From Opitutaceae bacterium (lineage in GTDB: Bacteria > Verrucomicrobiota > Verrucomicrobiia > Opitutales > Opitutaceae): 64,000 nt of DNA. The position numbers and the translations under genes are program-made. Shown here piece after piece: positions 38,216 through 46,854 of this stretch. Each line of letters starts with the position of its first letter. Position 1 is the stretch's first letter. The notes under the pieces are model-generated. The model did no database searches, was not told where the DNA came from, and saw only the letters and a program-made list of their open reading frames with translations. The stretch covers positions 30,484-94,483 of the forward strand of contig JADJZJ010000009.1 in NCBI GenBank assembly GCA_016715765.1, written 5' to 3'.

Positions 38216-41075
38216 CGTCCGCCCCCTTTTCCTCCGCCCCGAAAGTGAGGGCATATTTGGCCTGCAACACGGCGTGACGCACCGGCGTGCAGGCCAGCGG
38301 CCAGTCAAAACCACCGGGGGCGTAATCCGAGCGGTCCGGCGTCAAAGCCCCGTAGGTGCCGAGGTCCAACGCCAGCGCCAGCCAGTCCAATTTCGCCAGG
38401 CCTGCGTCGAGGTCGGCGAAGTCCATCCCGGACGCCGCGCCGGGCTCGGGCCGGAGCATCCACACGCGGCCGGCCGCGGCCCCGAGCGAACGCACCCCCG
38501 CGAGGTAAACGCCCAGCTGCAGGGAAGCCCCGCTGCGCGCCATGCGCTTGGCGCTGAGATCCAGGTCCCCGCCGGTCTTGAAATCGATGATGTCCACGCG
38601 CGCACCCCGCCACTCCGGCCGGTCGAGCAGGACCAGATCGAGCCGGCCCGCCACGGGCAACTGGCGCGAGCCGAGGGCCAGCACCGCCTCCCGCGGCAGC
38701 CAGGCCTCCGTCGCGACATAGGGTCCGGCGCCGAGCGCATGGACGTTGTCCAGCAGGACGCCGCAGATCCGGGTCAGTTCCGCATGAAACGAATCCCAAT
38801 ACCGGTCCGCCGGCCATTGTCCCCGCAAGTCCGCCAGGGCCGCAGCAAGCCGGCCGGCCGCCTCCGCCGCCGGCGGCATCTCGCCGAATCCGCGGGTCAC
38901 CTCGGTCGGGCGCAACGCCGCCGCGAGCAGCGCATGCGCCTGCTGCCCGAGCACCTTGCGCGGGGCGCGGACCAGCGGCTCCCACGCCACCCGCGGTGTG
39001 CGCAGCACCGCTTCAAACCACAGCACCGCGGGATCCTGCACCCCGCGTTCGATCTGCTTGGCGGACAATTTTTCCGGCGCCGTCAGCGTGGGATCGCCGG
39101 CGAAAAAGAATTCATCGAAGGCCCGCGTCGGATCGCGCCGACCCTCCCATATCTTTTGCCAGGTGCTGAGCGCATCGGACAACGCCGGCCCGGCCGGGAT
39201 GCATTCCCGCGCCAGCGCCTCGAAGGCGGCCTCGAGCCCGGTCTCCCCGCCGACCCGGCCCTGCGCCCACAGCACGCGCTCGAGCCAGGCGTTGGGCGCC
39301 AGCTTCATCTCCGGTTCCTCCTCCGCGAACAGGGCCGCCGTCATGGTCAGCTCCGTGCGGGTGTCGCGGGCGAGGCTGCGCCAGCCGGCCCGTTCCATGG
39401 CGGCTCGATCGTCACTGGTGAACAGGCCGAGGGTGAACCGGCCGCGTGCATTGAGGGCCAGGCGCTGCTCGTCGGTCAGCCAGCAGCTGGGCTCGCGGCG
39501 CTCCGGCCACACTCCGGCATTGCTCTCCACCAGGAAGAGATGAGACCACGCCGCGCCTTCCATCCGCCGCATCGTCCCGAGTGTCACGCGGGCAAAGCCG
39601 CCCTTGCCCGGGGCTGATTTCACGGGATGCTTTTCGGGCAGGAACGAGGCCAGGGCCGCGATCACCACCGCCGCCGGCAGCGGATGGGGTTCGCGCGCGG
39701 CCAGCGTGTCCAGCGGCCCCCAGCCTTCCGGCGCCTCCAGGTCGAATGCCGCGCACATCCGGCGAAAACGTCCCAAGGCATCGCCGAGCCCGATCTCCGC
39801 CGGCCAGGCCGGCAGCAGCAGGTGCGCCACGCGCGCCAGTTCCGGTGCGACGGTGTCCCATTCCCCGACGTGCGCCGCCACCGCGTGGGTCTGGCGCGAA
39901 TCGAAACTCCGTTCGCAGGCGCGGCGCGCCTCGGCCAGCGCGAGGGTCACCGCCCCGGTCGCCCGCAGCCAGGGCCAGAGGGCCAGCAGTTCCTCGAGCC
40001 GCGCCCCGCGTTCGTGAAACGCCAGCAGCGCGCGCTGGGCCTGCACATCCACGGGCGGCGGCCCGGCGGTCTCCAGCAGATCCGTGAAGGGCACGCCGCG
40101 CCCGGCCAGGAGCCGGGCCAGCTGCAGATGCGCCGCGTCCGCCGCGGGAAAAACCACGCCGATGTTCTCCGCGCCCGCCGCCAGCCGCGCCCCGATCCGG
40201 TCCGCCACCAACCGCATCTCATCGCCGCGCGTGCGGCCCACCAGGACCTCGACGCGGTCGGCCGTGCCGCCCTCATGGGTCCACAACGTCCCCGCCGCCT
40301 CGCACGACTCCGCCGGCTCGGGCGCATCGATCGGCTGCGGTTCCACCCCGAGCAGGGTGCTCCACAGCCCGACCCATTTCTCATCGGGCGCGCCTTCGCC
40401 GCGGAAGGCGGGCTCGGCCAGCACCACGGTGATCTCGTCACAACGCCGCACAAACGCCGCCACGTTGAAGAATTCCCCCCACATCTCCGGCCCCGGCGCA
40501 CTCACGAGCACCCGCCCGCCGAGCCGCGGCGCCCCGGGCGGGACCGGCTTGAGCCCGGCGGTTTCGGCCACCCTGGGGGCCAGGGTGAAACCATGACCCT
40601 CCACCCATTCGGTCAGATCGGCAAAGATCCCGCGCAACGCCGGCAAGGGAAAATCCCCCGCCGCAAAGCCGGCCTTGAGCAGCTCGTCGAAGTCATCCAG
40701 CGCCCGGCCGGGATCGCTTTGCAGGCTTTGCCAGAAGCCCCAGTCCGGTTCCGCCGGGGTCAGCGGCGCCAGACGGCGCGCGATCAGCAGGCGCAATCCC
40801 AGGAGCAGGAGCTCCCGGCCCATCGCGGGACGTTCCGGCGGCGTGAGCGCGAGCCATTTCTTCCGGGCCAGGCCCGGGGACAGAAACTCCACCCCGAGGA
40901 GCGCGAGGTTCTCGCGCAGGCAGCGCTGCTTCAGCGCGTGGGCCTGGCCGCGGGTCGGGACGATGACGTAACTGCGGGCCAGAACCCCCTGCCCGGCCTG
41001 CAGCCACGGCCTGATCACCGCCGTCCAGGCCGTGTCGGCGTGACGGGCAAGATGCAGGGCAATCGGCGGAACCAC
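38208..41075 (-). CDS. addB: AddB-like PD-(D/E)XK nuclease subunit (no recognisable Walker A, no C-terminal Cys cluster)
   Basis: 955 aa, GTG start. The C-terminal nuclease motif reads GRLDLVLLDRPEWRGARVDIIDFKTGG. It sits immediately upstream of addA in the classic addB-addA order. Confidence 0.75.
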   Translation of the reverse strand: MVPPIALHLARHADTAWTAVIRPWLQAGQGVLARSYVIVPTRGQAHALKQRCLRENLALLGVEFLSPGLARKKWLALTPPERPAMGRELLLLGLRLLIARRLAPLTPAEPDWGFWQSLQSDPGRALDDFDELLKAGFAAGDFPLPALRGIFADLTEWVEGHGFTLAPRVAETAGLKPVPPGAPRLGGRVLVSAPGPEMWGEFFNVAAFVRRCDEITVVLAEPAFRGEGAPDEKWVGLWSTLLGVEPQPIDAPEPAESCEAAGTLWTHEGGTADRVEVLVGRTRGDEMRLVADRIGARLAAGAENIGVVFPAADAAHLQLARLLAGRGVPFTDLLETAGPPPVDVQAQRALLAFHERGARLEELLALWPWLRATGAVTLALAEARRACERSFDSRQTHAVAAHVGEWDTVAPELARVAHLLLPAWPAEIGLGDALGRFRRMCAAFDLEAPEGWGPLDTLAAREPHPLPAAVVIAALASFLPEKHPVKSAPGKGGFARVTLGTMRRMEGAAWSHLFLVESNAGVWPERREPSCWLTDEQRLALNARGRFTLGLFTSDDRAAMERAGWRSLARDTRTELTMTAALFAEEEPEMKLAPNAWLERVLWAQGRVGGETGLEAAFEALARECIPAGPALSDALSTWQKIWEGRRDPTRAFDEFFFAGDPTLTAPEKLSAKQIERGVQDPAVLWFEAVLRTPRVAWEPLVRAPRKVLGQQAHALLAAALRPTEVTRGFGEMPPAAEAAGRLAAALADLRGQWPADRYWDSFHAELTRICGVLLDNVHALGAGPYVATEAWLPREAVLALGSRQLPVAGRLDLVLLDRPEWRGARVDIIDFKTGGDLDLSAKRMARSGASLQLGVYLAGVRSLGAAAGRVWMLRPEPGAASGMDFADLDAGLAKLDWLALALDLGTYGALTPDRSDYAPGGFDWPLACTPVRHAVLQAKYALTFGAEEKGADDE

Positions 41076-41107
41076 GCCCTACGCATGGGGACTCGCGGGC
41101 CGGCGGC

Positions 41108-41147
41108 AAAAACAAAAAGCCCCGCAACCCAATTCGGGTCACGGGGC
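41108..41147 (-). terminator. rho-independent terminator downstream of rpsT
   Basis: The minus-strand RNA is GCCCCGUGACCC-gaau-UGGGUUGCGGGGC followed by UUUUUGUUUUU. Confidence 0.8.
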
Positions 41148-41174
41148 CAATGAATGAATGCGCCGGGCGCGGAC

Positions 41175-41438
41175 TTACTTCTTCGCGGCGAAATGCTTGG
41201 CCACCTGGGCCTTGGCGCGGCTGGCGGCATTGCGATGCACCACCCCCGACTTGACGGCCTTGTCCATGGCGGAGGCATAGGCCGAGGCAACCGTGGCCGC
41301 AGCGGCGGCATCCCCGGCCTTGACGGCGGCATCGAGCTTCTTGTGCAGCGTCTTGAGGCGGGATTTGACCGTCTTGTTACGGTCGGTCAGGCGAACCGAT
41401 TTGCGGGCGGCTTTGATCGCGGATTTGGTGTTGGCCAT
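41175..41438 (-). CDS. rpsT: 30S ribosomal protein S20
   Basis: MANTKSAIKAARKSVRLTDRNKTVKSRLKTLHKKL… (87 aa), a classic bS20. Confidence 0.95.
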   Translation of the reverse strand: MANTKSAIKAARKSVRLTDRNKTVKSRLKTLHKKLDAAVKAGDAAAAATVASAYASAMDKAVKSGVVHRNAASRAKAQVAKHFAAKK

Positions 41439-41563
41439 GGTCGGATAAGGATTGGAAGCCGGTCAAAGACTCAAACGCCCGCTGGAGAGTCAACGGTATT
41501 TTCATTCTTCCGCTTTCTGCTTTGCCCGGCGGCCCTTCCGTCCACATTGCTGGTGCAGCCCTG

Positions 41564-43150
41564 ATGAATCTCCGGACCCGCTTCAACCTGCTGCTGGTGT
41601 TACTGTGCCTGGGCCTCGCGGCGAGCCTCCTGGCGCTCAGGTTTCACGAAAAGCGCGAAACCCGGCTGATCCTCCACGAGATCCGTGAACAGCGCAGTCA
41701 AATGCTGGACCGACTGATCGAGTTGAGCGGCCGCTCGCTCCGGACGTTTACGCGGGAATATTCGCTGTGGACGGAAATGGCCGATTTTGTGGCCAAGCCG
41801 GCGGTGGACAAGGCCTGGACCCACATTAACATCGACAGCAGTCTCGCCACGTTCCAGGCCGAGGCCGCCTGGGTTTTCAAGCCCGACGGCCGGTTGTTTT
41901 ACGCCGCCGTGCTGGCGAATGAACCGCCGGTGCCAATCACCCTGCTCCCGCCCCCCGACCAACTCGCGGAGCGGCTGAACCGGGACAAGGTCTGCCATTT
42001 TTTCATCAAGGCCGGCTCCGAGCTCTACGAAATCCGGGGATCGGTCATCGTGCCGTCGGAAGACATGAACCGGTCCACCCCGCCCCGCGGGTTTTTCCTG
42101 ACGGCCCGCCACTGGGGGGCGCAGCATCTGGCAGGCCTGGCCGAACTCAGCCAGGCCACGATCGAGTTGGCTGACAGCGCCGAAAGCCGCACCCCGGCGG
42201 TGGAGCAGAACTCGATTCATCTCTTCCGTCATCTGCCCGACTGGGAGGGAAAAACCATCAGCGGGCTGCACCTGCGCTACGACTCCGCGGAACTCAGCCA
42301 GGTCAGTGAAACGGACGTCTGGGAATCCGTGATTTTCTTCGCCTTCGGTTCCCTCTCCATCCTCCTCGTGGTTTATTTCGCCTACCGCTGGGTCCTGCGT
42401 CCCGTCGGCGGGATCAGTGAAAGCCTGGCCACCGGCAACCTCGCCCCGCTCGAGCCCTACTACGACGAGCGTTCCGAACTCGGCCGCGTCGCTAACCTCG
42501 TGCGGTCCTCGTTTCATGACCGCGAGAAACTGCGCGACACCATGCAGGAGCGGGCCCAGCTGAGCCGGGACCTGCACGACGGCCTCATCCAGGCCCTTTA
42601 TGCGATCGGCATGAACCTCGCTAGCATCGGCCCCCTGCTGCGGCGCAAGCCGGAACAGGCGGAAACCCAGCTGGACCAGGCCCGCACCGAACTCAATGCC
42701 TCCATCCGTGAACTGCGCAGTTTCATCACCAGGCTGGAGCCGGCCGACGCCGAGAAAAAGGATTTTGGCAAGGCCGTGCAGCTGCTCGTGAAATTCATGC
42801 AGACGGCGCACCCCACGACCTTCAAGCTGGAGATGGACGATGGACTGGCCTCCGGCCTGGCCGTCGAACGCAGCACCCAGCTGCTGTACATCGTGCGCGA
42901 AGCCCTGAGCAACGCCCTGCGCCACGGCCGGGGCGACACGGTCACCCTCCGGCTGCAACCCGCGGGGGATCTGGCGGTGTTCAGTGTGCATGACAACGGC
43001 CGGGGATTCGATCCCGCCGCCCCCCGCCAGGGCGGACACGGCCTTGACAACATGACCGAACGCGCCCTCCAACTTGGCGGCACATTGCAGATCAGTTCAT
43101 TGCCAGGCCAAGGCACACTCGTCACCGTCCGCTTTCCCCATTCCCTATGA
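41564..43150 (+). CDS. sensor histidine kinase (HisKA_3/NarX-type) with ~230-aa periplasmic domain (HK1)
   Basis: From ATG 41564. TM1 is FNLLLVLLCLGLAASLLAL and TM2 is VIFFAFGSLSILLVVYFAY, followed by a HAMP-like linker. The H-box is RDLHDGLIQALYAIGM and the ATPase region is NALRHG…DNGRGFD…GHGLDNMTERA. Its stop overlaps the RR start (ATGA). Confidence 0.85.
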   Translation: MNLRTRFNLLLVLLCLGLAASLLALRFHEKRETRLILHEIREQRSQMLDRLIELSGRSLRTFTREYSLWTEMADFVAKPAVDKAWTHINIDSSLATFQAEAAWVFKPDGRLFYAAVLANEPPVPITLLPPPDQLAERLNRDKVCHFFIKAGSELYEIRGSVIVPSEDMNRSTPPRGFFLTARHWGAQHLAGLAELSQATIELADSAESRTPAVEQNSIHLFRHLPDWEGKTISGLHLRYDSAELSQVSETDVWESVIFFAFGSLSILLVVYFAYRWVLRPVGGISESLATGNLAPLEPYYDERSELGRVANLVRSSFHDREKLRDTMQERAQLSRDLHDGLIQALYAIGMNLASIGPLLRRKPEQAETQLDQARTELNASIRELRSFITRLEPADAEKKDFGKAVQLLVKFMQTAHPTTFKLEMDDGLASGLAVERSTQLLYIVREALSNALRHGRGDTVTLRLQPAGDLAVFSVHDNGRGFDPAAPRQGGHGLDNMTERALQLGGTLQISSLPGQGTLVTVRFPHSL

Positions 43151-43962
43151 AATCCATGACTTCAACCATCCGGGTCCTGCTGGTCGATGACAGCGCTCTC
43201 GTCCGCCGCGGCGTGAGATCGGTCATCGAGGCGCACAGCGAGCAAGGCGCCATCGAGGTGGTGGGCGAGGCCGCGAGCGCTGCCGCCGCGATGACTGAAG
43301 TCCTGCGTCTCCGGCCCGATGTGGTGCTGCTCGACCTGCGCCTGCCCGACGATTCCGGCATCAATGTCTGCCGCCGCATCCACACTGAACTACCCGCCAC
43401 CCGCGTGCTCGTGCTGACCTCATTCGTGGACGACAACCTGGTCTACAACGCCGTCATCGCTGGGGCCCACGGCTATCTCATGAAGGAAGTGGACCCGCCC
43501 ACCCTGCTCGAAGCAATTGCCAAGGCGGCTTCCGGCCAGTCCATTCTCGCTCCCGACATCACGGAACGCGTGATGAAGATGCTGCGGTCCGGCAATACCG
43601 GCAAGGAAGGCAGCAACGACCTCTCCACCCTGTCCAACCAGGAACGACGGGTTCTCGCTTGCGTGGCCGAGGGCCTCACCAACAAACAGACCGGCGAACG
43701 CCTCAATCTCAGCGAGAACACGGTGAAAAACTACCTGATCAACGTGTTTGAAAAACTGCAGGTCAAACGCCGCTCCCAAGCCGCCGCGCTCTATGTCGAA
43801 CAGGTCGGCCGGCCCGTGGCTTCCGACCTGCCCCGGGCAAGTAAGGTCCGGCTCGGCGGCCCGATTTGTACCGGACCGGAATGCGAGCTGATGCCAGCGA
43901 CTGGCGTTTTGGTTCCGGCAGGCAGCGCGGGTGATCCCGGGATCACCCTAGCCTACAAATAG
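43147..43962 (+). CDS. NarL/FixJ-family response regulator (REC + LuxR HTH) with ~50-aa C-terminal tail (RR1)
   Basis: IRVLLVDDSALVRRG…VVLLDLRLPDDSG…, then LSNQERRVLACVAEGLTNKQTGERLNLSENTVKNYLINVFEKLQVKRR. The tail GRPVASDLPRASK… parallels the RR2-to-prepilin junction. Confidence 0.85.
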   Translation: MKSMTSTIRVLLVDDSALVRRGVRSVIEAHSEQGAIEVVGEAASAAAAMTEVLRLRPDVVLLDLRLPDDSGINVCRRIHTELPATRVLVLTSFVDDNLVYNAVIAGAHGYLMKEVDPPTLLEAIAKAASGQSILAPDITERVMKMLRSGNTGKEGSNDLSTLSNQERRVLACVAEGLTNKQTGERLNLSENTVKNYLINVFEKLQVKRRSQAAALYVEQVGRPVASDLPRASKVRLGGPICTGPECELMPATGVLVPAGSAGDPGITLAYK

Positions 43963-43976
43963 GCCTGAATAGGCCT
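43960..43976. promoter_or_regulatory. candidate operator: two TAGGCCT copies 10 nt apart (AATAGGCCTGAATAGGCCTATT) in the AT-rich spacer upstream of HK2
   Basis: TAGGCCTGAA recurs at 48906-48915, upstream of the second pilin-like operon. AATAGGCCTATT is a perfect palindrome. The first TAG is also the RR1 stop codon. Confidence 0.35.
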
Positions 43977-44129
43977 ATTGTGGCAAACCTATTATATTTA
44001 GCTGACGGCCCTAGGCGTGGGCCAAAATAAGGGGTATTTTCCTCATGATGCACTTCCGTTCGCACCCAGAGAACACCCCGGTTGGTTCTACCGAACTTCA
44101 TATCAGCTCCAACTAGGCTGCATGCTGGC

Positions 44130-45742
44130 ATGAGCGTAAAACTGAAATTCGCGTCGCTGTTGGGACTGTCCTTGATGGTCTTTGTCTCGGCCATGTGGGC
44201 GCTGCAGTGGCTGGACCGGCGCGAAACCGCCCGTAATGCCACCCTGTTGCATCGCTCACGTGAGCAACAGCTGGACCACTGGCTCACCGCCACCGGTGTT
44301 TCGCTGCGCAATTTCACCGATGAAGGGCCCAGGTCGCCGCGGCCCGCGTGCGCACCGATCCCACGCAATTCACCCTGCCGGAAAACACCGAGGGCATAGC
44401 CGCGGCAAACGTCACCGGTTACTGGGTGGTGCGAAGCAGCGGCACGGTCGTGCAGGTTGAGGCCGCGCATGGCCTGGGGCATCCCCCCGTATCCGCCGCC
44501 AGCATCGCATTATGGACGGCCAATCCCCCGACCCACCGCTTCTTCAGCGAAAGCGAGGCCGGGCTGCTGGAAATTTGCGTGGAGCCGATCACTCCGCAGG
44601 AAGGCCGTTCCCCCTGGGGCTGGTTTCTCGTCGCTCGGCGATGGGATGAAAACCACCTGAAGGTGCTGACCAATCTCACCGAGGGCCGCGTCACCCTGGA
44701 CCTGCATCCCGCCGCCACCCTGACATCGGCCACCGTGCACACGCGTCTGCTGCCGGACTGGCAGGGACGTCCGCTGCGCAGTCTGCAGGTCAGCTATCCG
44801 CCGGGGATTGAAGCTGTCCCGCCCTGGCCCGGCCTGCCCGGCCTCGCGGTGTTCTTCGGCTTCGGCCTCCTGCTGCTCTCCGGCCTGGCCCTGAGCCTGC
44901 ACCGCTGGGTCCTGCGTCCCCTGGATCTCATCGGCGCCAGTCTCGCCCTGGACAGCGCCGCCCCGCTCGCGCCGCTGCTGGCCGGACAGGATGAATTCGC
45001 CGGCACCGCCCGCCGGCTCGAGGCCTCGTTCACCCAGCGCGACGCCCTCAAAAGGGAGATCGAGGAACGCCGGAGCATCGCCACCGCCCTGCTGGCGGCG
45101 GAAAACGACCTGCGCCGCACCATGGACGAGCGCACCCGCCTCGGCCGCGACCTGCACGACGGCGTGATCCAGGCGCTCTATGCGACGGGCATGGGCCTCG
45201 CCGGCATCCGCGCCCTGCTCCCCCCCGGGCAGAATGAAGCCTCCGAACGGCTCAACCAATGCCGGGCGACGCTCAATGAGATCATCCGCGACGTGCGCAA
45301 CTTCATCACCGGGATCGAGCCCGAGGCGCTCCGGCAGCAGAGCTTCACGCAGGCGGTGCAGGCGCTGCTCGAATTCATGCAAAGCATCAGCCCGAGTTCG
45401 ACCCAGGCCGAGATTGACGAACACCTGGCCGGCCAGCTGACCCTGAACCAGCGGGCCAATGCGCTGCACATCATGCGCGAGGCCGTGAGCAATGCCCTGC
45501 GCCACGGCGCCGCCGAGCACATCCAGGTCTCGTTCACCCGCACGCCCGAGGGCGACGCCGCCCTCGACATCAGCGACGACGGCCTGGGCTTCACCCCGGG
45601 AGCCGACACCACCAACCGGGGCCGCGGCCTGGAAAATCTCGCCCAGCGCGCCGCCGACCTCGGCGCCATTTTCACCCTGCGATCGGAACCGGGCCAGGGC
45701 GCCCGCCTGCGTTTCGTCTTCACCCTGCCGCCAAAGTCATGA
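44130..45742 (+). pseudogene. sensor histidine kinase paralog (HK2), frame-disrupted near 44322-44333 as assembled
   Basis: Frame 0 from ATG 44130 encodes MSVKLKFASLLGLSLMVFVSAMWALQWLDRRETARNATLL…SLRNFTDE, parallel to the HK1 N-terminus. The rest lies in the frame of 44348 (…YWVVRSSGTVVQV…, TM2, RDLHDGVIQALYATGM, NALRHG…DDGLGF…GRGLENLAQRA). The switch falls at GAAGGGCCCAGG. Confidence 0.75.
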
Positions 45743-46854
45743 AATCCATTCCCACCCAAGGCATCCGCATCCTGCTGGTCGAGGACAGCATCCTGGTCCG
45801 CGAAGGCATCCGGATCGTGCTCGAGTCCGCCGATCCGCCGGACCTGCACGTCGTCGGTGAAGCCGGCTCCAATGCCGAGGCCATTGCCGCCTGCGACCGG
45901 CTGAAACCCGCCGTCGTGCTGCTCGACATCCGGCTCCCCGACGGCAACGGCTTCACGGCCTGCCGCGAAATCCTCCTGCGCCAGCCCGACACCCGGGTCA
46001 TCATCCTCACCTCGCATTCGAGCGACACGTTCGTCTATGAGGCGGTCAATGCCGGCGCGCACGGCTACCTCATGAAGGAAGTGGATCCCGCCGGCCTCGT
46101 GCAGGCCGTTCGCGATGTCGCCGCCGGCCAGTCCATCCTCGCCCCCGACGTCACCGACCGGGTGCTCAAGATGCTGCGCGGCAACGGCGCCGGCCGCAGC
46201 GCGGAGGGCGATCTCGCCAGCCTCTCCCATCAGGAGCGGCGCGTCCTGGCCTGCGTGGCCGAGGGCCTCACCAACAAGCAGGCGGGCGAACGCCTCGGCC
46301 TGAGTGACAACACGGTGAAAAACTACCTGATCAACGTTTTCGAAAAGCTGCAGGTCAAACGCCGCGCGCAGGCCGCCGCCCTTTATGTGTCGCAGGCCGG
46401 GCGGCCCAATGCCGGGGCGATGTCGCTGCCGGATGCCACCAAGTCGGGTTTCACCCTGGTCGAGGTCATGTTCGCCGCCATCGTCCTGGCCCTCGGCATC
46501 GTCACCGCCATCCTCACGCTCCAGCGCGGCCTGCAGGCCATCGACACGGCGCGGAACTACACCTACGCGGGCCAGCTCATGCAGAGCGAGATGGAGAATC
46601 TGCGGCTGAAAAACTGGGACCAGCTCGAGACGCTGCAGCAGGCCGGCCCCGTCCTGGTCACGGCCGATCCCACGGCCACTTCCACCCGCACCACCTTCGA
46701 CTGCACCCGCACCATCAGGACCGTGAAAACCGACATGAAGGAAATCCTCCTCGTCTCGAGCTGGCGCGGCTACGACGGCCGCGCCCACACGGCCCGCGTC
46801 GTCACCCGCTACGGCAAGAGCGGCCTCTATGACTATTTCTACACCGCCCACTGA
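45739..46854 (+). CDS. NarL/FixJ-family response regulator (RR2) whose ORF continues in frame, with no stop, into a prepilin-type protein
   Basis: REC (IRILLVEDSILVREG…VVLLDIRLPDGNG) and LuxR HTH (LSHQERRVLACVAEGLTNKQAGERLGLSDNTVKNYLINVFEKLQVKRR) are followed by AGRPNAGAMSLPDATKSG|FTLVEVMFAAIVLALGIVTAIL… up to the stop at 46854. Confidence 0.7.
   Translation: MKSIPTQGIRILLVEDSILVREGIRIVLESADPPDLHVVGEAGSNAEAIAACDRLKPAVVLLDIRLPDGNGFTACREILLRQPDTRVIILTSHSSDTFVYEAVNAGAHGYLMKEVDPAGLVQAVRDVAAGQSILAPDVTDRVLKMLRGNGAGRSAEGDLASLSHQERRVLACVAEGLTNKQAGERLGLSDNTVKNYLINVFEKLQVKRRAQAAALYVSQAGRPNAGAMSLPDATKSGFTLVEVMFAAIVLALGIVTAILTLQRGLQAIDTARNYTYAGQLMQSEMENLRLKNWDQLETLQQAGPVLVTADPTATSTRTTFDCTRTIRTVKTDMKEILLVSSWRGYDGRAHTARVVTRYGKSGLYDYFYTAH
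46420..46854 (+). CDS. GspI/PilV-like minor pseudopilin (module A, protein A1); possible independent translation from an internal in-frame ATG
   Basis: The leader is MSLPDATKSG, followed by FTLVEVM (Glu at +5) and a hydrophobic helix. It is a paralog of 48970-49434, sharing SEME.LR..W and the C-terminal GLYDY.YT. Confidence 0.6.
   Translation: MSLPDATKSGFTLVEVMFAAIVLALGIVTAILTLQRGLQAIDTARNYTYAGQLMQSEMENLRLKNWDQLETLQQAGPVLVTADPTATSTRTTFDCTRTIRTVKTDMKEILLVSSWRGYDGRAHTARVVTRYGKSGLYDYFYTAH

Noticed and set aside
44045-44116. 23-codon ORF (MMHFRSHPENTPVGSTELHISSN) in the RR1-HK2 spacer, considered as a leader peptide.
   Set aside because: It has no recognisable SD or conserved features, and no conservation evidence is available from this window alone. 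The region is better explained as a promoter/operator spacer.
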